From NCBI GenBank assembly GCA_038870415.1, contig JAWCPE010000004.1, positions 1 through 33,297 of the forward strand: 33,297 nucleotides of DNA. Reading direction: 5' to 3'. Each line of letters begins with the position of its first letter. The stretch's first letter is position 1. Positions 27,051 through 33,297 of this stretch are shown here, piece after piece. Source of the stretch: Candidatus Bathyarchaeia archaeon (GTDB taxonomy: Archaea; Thermoproteota; CALKCG01; B24; JAWCPE01). The notes under the pieces were generated by a model. The model was given only the letters and a program-made list of their open reading frames with translations, was not told the origin of the DNA and did not search any database. The translations under genes were made by a program, and so were the position numbers.

Positions 27051-28079
27051 CTGAAGATAGGCGTCCTAACGGGCGGAGGCGATTGTGCCGGCCTGAACGC
27101 GGTGCTGAGAGCTGTCGTGAGAAGAGCTGAGAGCTACGGTTTTGAGGTTCTAGGCGTCAGGTATGGTTGGGCGGGGTTGATAACACCTGATGTGGCGCAG
27201 CTGAGGTACGCAGATGTGGAAGACCTGCTCGCTGTCGGCGGGACCTTCATCAAGACCTCTAGGACTAACCCTTTGAAACGGCCCGAAGACGCGCAGAGGG
27301 TCCTTGAGAACGTGAAGAAGCTTGGCCTCGACGCGCTCATCGCGATTGGCGGAGACGACACCTTGGGCGCAGCGAAGAGACTGGCCGATATGGGCCTCAA
27401 GGTGGTCGGCGTCCCGAAGACGATCGATAACGACCTCTCCGCGACGGATGTGACCTTCGGCTTCGATTCGGCCGTGAACGCGGCTATGGAAGCCCTAGAT
27501 AGGCTCCTCACCACAGGCCGCTCTCATGACAGGGTTATGGTCGCGGAGGTGATGGGACGAGAGGCAGGCTGGATAACTCTCCACGCCGGGATGGCGGCCG
27601 GCGCTAACCTCATCCTTATACCTGAGCAGCCCTTCGACATAGACGAGGTCTGCGACTTCCTGAGGAAAAGGCGTAACGAGGGGAAACGATGGGCGCTCAT
27701 AGCCGTGGCGGAGGGAACACCCCTGCGGGAGGCGAAGGGCATCGTGGCCAAAGACGCGGAGGTAGACGAGTTCGGCCACGTTCGACTAGGCGGGATAGGC
27801 CAGTTCCTCGCAGATGAGATCGAGAAGCGGACAGGCTTCGAGACGAGAGCAACTGTCCTAGGGCATACGATCAGGGGAGGGCCTCCCTCCGCCTTCGACC
27901 GCGTCTTGGCCACAAGGTTCGGGGTTGCAGCCGTCGACTTGGTCAAGGAGGGAAGGTTCGGGCTGATGGTCAGCCTGCGTGGAACCAGCATCGTGCCAGT
28001 GCCGCTTGAGGACGCGGTCGCGCAGCCGAAGCTGGTGGACAAGGAGCTCTACAGCGTCGCCCAGGCCTTCTTCTCCTAA
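27051..28079 (+). CDS. pfkA: 6-phosphofructokinase (PfkA family), probably PPi-dependent; CTG start
   Basis: The conserved N-terminus (L/M)[15 protein letters not shown] begins at CTG 27051, upstream of the track start. Motifs TSRTN, GGDDT, PKTIDND, EVMGR and LGHTIRGG. Confidence 0.92.
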   Translation: MKIGVLTGGGDCAGLNAVLRAVVRRAESYGFEVLGVRYGWAGLITPDVAQLRYADVEDLLAVGGTFIKTSRTNPLKRPEDAQRVLENVKKLGLDALIAIGGDDTLGAAKRLADMGLKVVGVPKTIDNDLSATDVTFGFDSAVNAAMEALDRLLTTGRSHDRVMVAEVMGREAGWITLHAGMAAGANLILIPEQPFDIDEVCDFLRKRRNEGKRWALIAVAEGTPLREAKGIVAKDAEVDEFGHVRLGGIGQFLADEIEKRTGFETRATVLGHTIRGGPPSAFDRVLATRFGVAAVDLVKEGRFGLMVSLRGTSIVPVPLEDAVAQPKLVDKELYSVAQAFFS

Positions 28080-28139
28080 CCTAACAGTGACCGTCGTATA
28101 ACTCCCTTTAAGGCGGCCATCTGAGAGAGCCGCAGCGGC

Positions 28140-30596
28140 CTAGCTGGCAGGTTGCTCGGCTAGCGGACGTTTCATCCTGCGCTGTAGTAGAATCCCAAGC
28201 AGCAAGCCCACGATGAAGGCGGCGACTGCTAGCAGGACGAGCCTGAGGAGTTCAGAGCCCCTAGACGTAGTCTCTGGGCTGGGCTGCGAGGCGGTTTCCG
28301 TGACAACCCTGAGTGTCACAATTGCAGTGAGCCGCCTCGGCTCGTTCCGGTCGTTTCTGAACGCTATCTCTAGGGGTAAGGAGTATGTTCCATCAGTCGC
28401 GTTGCTCGCCACGAGGACGTTGATGCTGAAAGGCGTCTGAAGCCCAACTGGGGCCTCGCCGACGAAGTGGCTGGAGCCCAGGCCGGCGGTGAAGATGCCC
28501 CCCGCGTTCACGCTCAGAGAAACATTCACCGCCTTAGCCGTGATGCTGCCCTCGTTGAGCAACGAGCCTGAAACGATCAGGCTTCTCCCCGCGATCGGTG
28601 GGCTCGGCGAGGTGACGATGTTCATAACGTAAAGGTCTATGAAGCCTCGCACGGTGAAGCCGATGCTGCTCGTCTCCGTGATATCGTTCCCCCTCGAATC
28701 CCGGTACTTCACCGTGACTGTAGCAGGGGAGTCGCTGCCGATACCTTGAGGCGAGGCGTAGAGCCTCAAGGGCAGCGAGACCTTCTCTCCGGCGTCCACC
28801 TTAGGGATGAACCATCTGTTGCTCCTGCCCATGATGGTGGTCCCCGGCGGCGTCGAGAGCGTGACGAGGAGCGAGTTAGCTGGGCTTGCCCCCTCGTTGC
28901 TCACCGTTACGTGGATATCGTTAACCTGGCCTGCGAAGAGGTCGGCGCTCTCAAGCGACAACGATAGGACGGGCCCTGCCTCCGCGGCGGAGCGAACGAA
29001 GAGCCCTATGCCTCCTCGTACGTCTGTCTACGCCACGCCTTCAGTCGTCCTGTAGCTGATCGCAACCGTCGCCGTGTAGCTCTGGCCCTGAGAAGCGTAC
29101 GGCGCCCATACCGCCGCCTGGAAGGCGAAAGCTTCACCGGGGGCTAAGGAGTGCACGAACCACCGGTTATCCTTCCCAGCCAGGCTCAACGGGGGTGGAG
29201 GCGTGAACGTCACGTCCACCGATGAAGCGGGCGTCGAGCCGTTATTCACCACCGTTACCGTGACGTTGCCGTAGTCTCCTGCGGTCAGAGGTCGGTCCTC
29301 CGTGAGGACGACGAACTGAATGTCGGACGGCGTTAGAACGATCACCGCCAGCGTCTGCGTCTCCGTTCTCGTAAAGCCGGTAACGGACCGGTACGCCACC
29401 GTGGCGGCCACCTGGAACGTGCTGCCCTGCGTCGAGGAGGCCGCGTAGAGGCTGACGGGCACCTCGACCTCGACGCCGGGGAGAATCGTGCCCAGGCTCC
29501 ACCTGTTCCCCGAGCCCTCCAAAGCTAAAGGCGGCGGAAGGCTTAAGGTCAGCTCAACCGAGCTAGCCGGGGCGGTTCCTAGGTTGCGGACAGCTAAGGT
29601 TAAGGGTGTTGAGCTGCCCGGCTTCAGGAAGAGGTCTGAGAGGACAAACTGAAAGGTCGGCCTTCCAGAGACCTGAACCGGGACGGTCAGGTTGAATGGT
29701 AGGCCTGCCGTCATCACGGTCGTCGTTGAGGGAGTGGAGGTGGAAGTCGTCGATGTCTCAGTCCTTGAAGGGTTAGAGGTGGTCGACGTGGTCGTCGTGG
29801 ACGTTGTCGTCGAGGTTGAGTAGTACCTCACCGTCACCGGCAGGAGGTGAACGCCGAGAGCTGTCGACGAGGCTAGGCTAAGCGTAAAGGTCAGGTCGAA
29901 GGTTTGAGCCGGCTGAACGAGGAGACTGCAATGGGCAAGCGCGGTATCGCCGCCAGAAGCGTTGGCGAACCCTCCGTTGAGAAACAGCGTAGCGGTGATG
30001 TCCGTTATCGTGAAGTTGTTCTGGTTCCTTACCTTAACCGTTAACGGTACTCCTAAGTCGCCTGGCGCCGCCTCCACGGGGCTAGCCGCCGTCCCCCAGT
30101 CAGCCGCCACGACCTCTAGGGCGGAGATGTCAATCATCAGCGTGTAGTCCGGCTGCCCAGAGACGTAGCGGACCTCCAAGTAGCAGTAGCCGGCCACCTC
30201 TGTCGTGAACTGGGTCTGCTCCGTGGCCCCCAGCTGCCGCATGGTGGAGTTCGTCACGCCCTGCCGGAAACAGTCGTAGAGGTAGAGGTCAAGGTCCCCA
30301 GAGGGGCTGGGCTGAACCATCGCGGCGAGGGTTGTCCCCCGGCTTAACAGGAGTTTGAAGAAGTGCGATGCCGAGAATGCCTGAGTGTTCGCGTAGGCCC
30401 CGGGCGTTATCAACGTCGCGGTGTAGAAGGACCCCCCAGGGATGAGGTAAGTCAGCGATGGCTGGGCAGCCTCAGCGTAGGCTGAGCCTTGAACGAGGCA
30501 GACGAGAACCCCAAGAGCTAGCAGCTTTGCTCGGCCTCTCCGCGCGGCATTCAACCTCGGTGTCCTTAGCCTCGGCTTTGGCTTCATGGTTCGCAT
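28140..30596 (-). CDS. Secreted, C-terminally anchored S-layer/COG1361-like multi-Ig-domain protein, interrupted by an in-frame TAG at 29030-29028
   Basis: The two track ORFs share a frame (...YRTTEGVA*TDVRGGIGLFVRS...SLSLESADL). Signal peptide, a PPC-like GDLDLYLYD motif, repeated VxNxGxxxAxxV modules, and a C-terminal TM helix plus basic tail. Confidence 0.75.
29716..29820 (-). repeat. Thr/Ser-rich low-complexity tract
   Basis: Encodes STSTTTSTTTTSTTSNPSRTETSTTSTSTPSTTTV within the surface protein. Confidence 0.85.
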
Positions 30597-30733
30597 GAAG
30601 CACTTAGCCCCCTAAAATAGCTTTGATTCAGAAAGCACCGCGTATCGTGGGCGAGCGGGCTTCATAGCGCGCACGCCACCCTAGCTGCAGCAGCCTACTA
30701 TCGAGTCTTCACACCCTTGGACCGCAGGGCCTG

Positions 30734-31474
30734 CTACCGAGGGGTAGAGCGTGCCTCCCGCAGCTCCTTGATCCTCTTCTCCTCTAGCCCCATCGCTCTT
30801 TCAACCGCGTAGACTAACCTCGCGGTCACCACCCAAGCTTCGAGGGGGGCGGGGTCGATCGCGTAGACCTCGTTGAGCATTCGCTTCGTCTCGTCCGTGA
30901 AGTGGCCTCGGGGGAAGCCCCCAACTATGGCCGCAGTGTTCCCCGACGAGGCGAGGTGACCTGCCACTTCGCTTAAAGGCATAGGTTCGCCCAGTCTGCT
31001 CAGCCCGATCGCCTTCGAGGGCGACAACTCAGCAAGTAGCTCATCGATTCTCTGCTCTCTCACCGTGAGAAGCGGCAGTGACGCCCCACCGGGCGGGGCC
31101 CTCCCCTCTTTCAAGGCTTGCTCGAAGAGGCCCTTGAAACGAAGGTAGTTCCTCGGCAGCCGGGTCGAAGGGGAGACTTCCACCACCAGGTTGCCCAACG
31201 TGTGTACGTGGACTCTCAGCTCGCCAACCATGCTGAGCGGCGTCCCAAGAGCGGAGAGCAACGCGAAGTGGACGATATCGGGCCTCCCCCTCCTCTCGGC
31301 GTTAGGAAGCCTGAGCATCGCTCGGTGATGGTAGGACCTGTCTAGGAGCATGCTCCCGGGGCTCAGCCTTCTCCGTGCTGCATCGCGCCGGACCTCAGGG
31401 TGGCTCCATAGCTCTGGGGGGATAAGCTCTAGGGCAGACTCCGCCAAGACTAGGTGAAGCAGCTTCTTCGCCAC
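30734..31474 (-). CDS. nep1: 16S rRNA pseudouridine N1-methyltransferase Nep1/Emg1
   Basis: LAESALELIP, LLDRSYHH, RGRPDIVH, RLPRNYLRFKGL and VGGFPRGHF. The likely start is GTG 31474 rather than 31531. Confidence 0.93.
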   Translation of the reverse strand: MAKKLLHLVLAESALELIPPELWSHPEVRRDAARRRLSPGSMLLDRSYHHRAMLRLPNAERRGRPDIVHFALLSALGTPLSMVGELRVHVHTLGNLVVEVSPSTRLPRNYLRFKGLFEQALKEGRAPPGGASLPLLTVREQRIDELLAELSPSKAIGLSRLGEPMPLSEVAGHLASSGNTAAIVGGFPRGHFTDETKRMLNEVYAIDPAPLEAWVVTARLVYAVERAMGLEEKRIKELREARSTPR

Positions 31475-31533
31475 AAGGCATAAGCATATCTCATCCCGCC
31501 ATATCACGTTGACGGAGGCCCCGGCAGACAACC

Positions 31534-31881
31534 TTGACGAGGACGAGGACGGTGCGAAGAGTCGCTCAGGAACGCATCGAGATACTCTTCAACCTGGCCC
31601 TTGAGACGCACCGTGCTGAACCCGCGCTCGCTCAGAGGTACGTGGACTTAGCCAGGAGGATTGGAGCCAGGGCGAAGGTTAGGCTGCCGACGCGTTTCAG
31701 AAGACTGGTATGTAGGCGCTGCAAGTCGTTTATCGTCCCCGGCTCAACATTACGTGTGAGAGTGAAGCCTGGTAAACCGGGACATGTCGCTCTAACATGT
31801 CTCAGGTGTGGCGCGGTGAGGCGGATTCCCCTGCGTGCAAGGAGAGAGCAGCCTTCCGCAACCTCTCACGGGGGTTTCTAG
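31534..31881 (+). CDS. rnp4: RNase P protein component 4 (Rpp21)
   Basis: AQERIEILF, AQRYVDLARRI, and a Zn ribbon CRRC...CLRC. Confidence 0.93.
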   Translation: MTRTRTVRRVAQERIEILFNLALETHRAEPALAQRYVDLARRIGARAKVRLPTRFRRLVCRRCKSFIVPGSTLRVRVKPGKPGHVALTCLRCGAVRRIPLRARREQPSATSHGGF

Positions 31882-31931
31882 ACTTCAGGAGCTAGGAAGC
31901 TACCGTGGCTTTCCACGGCGAGCTGGGAGAT

Positions 31932-32249
31932 TCAGCCGAAGAGCGCGCCAAGCCCCTCTAGGGCTTCCTCCTCCTTCTTAGGCTCTTCCTCTTTCTCCTC
32001 TTCCTTCTTCTCCTTCTTCTCTGGCGCCGCGGTCGGCGCTGCAGCGGGTGCTGGTGCTCCGACGAGCGGCATCACGGCTGCGCCCTTCAGCGCCTCCTCT
32101 ATGTTGACCTCTGCGAGCGCCGCGACGAGGGACTTCACCCTTACCTCGTCTGGAGCTATCTTCGCAGCTTCAAGAACCCTCTTCAGGTTCTCCTCGTTTA
32201 TCTCCTGCTTCGAGCTGTGCAGGAGAAGCGCCGCGTACACGTACTCCAT
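31932..32249 (-). CDS. rpl12: 50S ribosomal stalk protein P1/L12
   Basis: [11 protein letters not shown]...Ala-rich hinge...[13 protein letters not shown]. Confidence 0.97.
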   Translation of the reverse strand: MEYVYAALLLHSSKQEINEENLKRVLEAAKIAPDEVRVKSLVAALAEVNIEEALKGAAVMPLVGAPAPAAAPTAAPEKKEKKEEEKEEEPKKEEEALEGLGALFG

Positions 32250-32263
32250 GACTTCTCACGCTC

Positions 32264-32365
32264 CTATCCGAAGAGAGCCGCTAAGTCAACCTCTTCCATC
32301 TTCCTACTCTCTCCCTCTCTTAGCATCTTCCTTTTCAACCTTCCGTTTCCCGCGCCATGCTGCAT
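32264..32365 (-). other. Small ORF (33 aa) or remnant ending in a ribosomal-stalk C-terminal motif
   Basis: MQHGAGNGRLKRKMLREGESRKMEEVDLAALFG*, ending 14 nt before the rpl12 start. Confidence 0.45.
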
Positions 32366-32561
32366 AGCTGGGTTGCGGTCGCCTCTTGCGGTCCTGGCCC
32401 CTGGCGGGTTAGAGGGTTATCGGGGTCGATCACGGTTACGAGGAGGTTGTAGAGGCCGGCCTTGAGGAGCGCCTCTCAGCCATGTTTACGAGGCTGCAGG
32501 CGGTTACGTCTTCTCCGAAGAGCCGTTCGACGCAGCTGAAGGCAGCCCCATCCATGACCGG

Positions 32562-33297
32562 CTACAGGAGACGGAAGCCTACATAACCGGCTCGACACAG
32601 AACCTTAGACCAGACGGAAGTTATACAACAGAGCACCAATCGACTGCCCATCGTCGCGGCGTGGGCGTTCCTCGGCGAGTCCGTCCCTCGTTCGCGGACC
32701 ACGACTATAGGCTTGTGAGGGATGCTTTCAAGCATCTCCCAGGTTACGCCGGTATGCCCAGTCTGGAACCTCTCCGCCATCTCCCATACGTCTCGGCCTG
32801 CGCCGTGCCCCCTCACCTGATCCGCGAACTCGCAGATATCTAGCAGATGCTCTATGGGCGCTCTTGTCCCCGCTGCCGCGACGAGGGTCGCCCTAGCCTT
32901 AAGCCTGAACGCTGCGCCAACAACGTACGCTAGCGCGCCTCCGCCTCCATGTATCCCTTGCACGGCGATAATCCTAGGCGTAAAGTGGAGGCTTCCGAAG
33001 CTGAAGGTCCGGTCGCTGTCCGAGATGAGCACGGCAGGTGCTCTGCCCGTACGCTGGAAAATCGCGCGTCGTATATTCTCCGCTACCTTTCCTGCGTTCC
33101 GGAGAGGAAGCGCGGCGAGGGTTCCCGGGAGGTTGTTCACGTCGATCCCGCCTTCAGAGGCGTGCTTCAAAGCGTGGAGGAGCCCAGCCGTCCTGAGGAC
33201 GAACTCCTTATGTTGGCTCCCGGCAGGCTGAGGGTAACCCCGGAGCCGCATCCTCGTGGCAGGCATCATGTGGCAGACGTAGGCGAGGAGGCGGCCC
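32562..33297 (-). CDS. Coenzyme F420-0:L-glutamate ligase (CofE)-like protein, 5'-partial
   Basis: SEGGIDVNNLPG...LP...AENIR...VLISDSD...ADQVRGHG...PIVVVR. The frame stays open to the window end. Confidence 0.7.
   Translation of the reverse strand, partial: GRLLAYVCHMMPATRMRLRGYPQPAGSQHKEFVLRTAGLLHALKHASEGGIDVNNLPGTLAALPLRNAGKVAENIRRAIFQRTGRAPAVLISDSDRTFSFGSLHFTPRIIAVQGIHGGGGALAYVVGAAFRLKARATLVAAAGTRAPIEHLLDICEFADQVRGHGAGRDVWEMAERFQTGHTGVTWEMLESIPHKPIVVVRERGTDSPRNAHAATMGSRLVLCCITSVWSKVLCRAGYVGFRLL

Noticed and set aside
29000-29060. Intron removing the TAG in the surface-protein gene
   Set aside because: Spacing matches the sister repeats to within one residue, leaving no room for an intron, and no BHB was seen.
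1-33297. CRISPR array, tRNA or rRNA genes
   Set aside because: No regularly spaced repeats, T-arm consensus in a cloverleaf context, or rRNA-like tracts noticed. Intron-split tRNAs could be missed by eye.

Overview
GC-rich archaeal chromosomal window. EF-2, a PDCD5-like protein, EndA, Nep1, Rpp21 and ribosomal P1/L12 point to a TACK-type lineage such as Bathyarchaeia or Nitrososphaeria (inference). It holds housekeeping genes, a putative sugar/sugar-acid catabolic set (two SIS proteins, a UroD/MtaA-like protein, three enolase-superfamily enzymes, a TIM-barrel isomerase), a UPF0182/Hsp20 pair, a group 4 [NiFe]-hydrogenase cluster (NuoA/B/C/D/H/I-like plus FrhB/FpoF-like), a degenerate IS5-family element and several pseudogene remnants. 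Main discovery: the elongation factor 2 gene (minus strand, start 577, absent from the ORF track) is interrupted just before its GTPase G1 motif by a 47-nt insertion (467-513) that carries an in-frame stop and shifts the frame. Its junctions fold into a bulge-helix-bulge (BHB) motif, and cutting at the standard EndA positions restores ...[17 protein letters not shown]... exactly. This is a candidate tRNA-type intron in an archaeal EF-2 mRNA. A probable non-catalytic subunit of a heteromeric splicing endonuclease lies in the same window. All calls come from reading the sequence by eye; no searches or folding programs were run.
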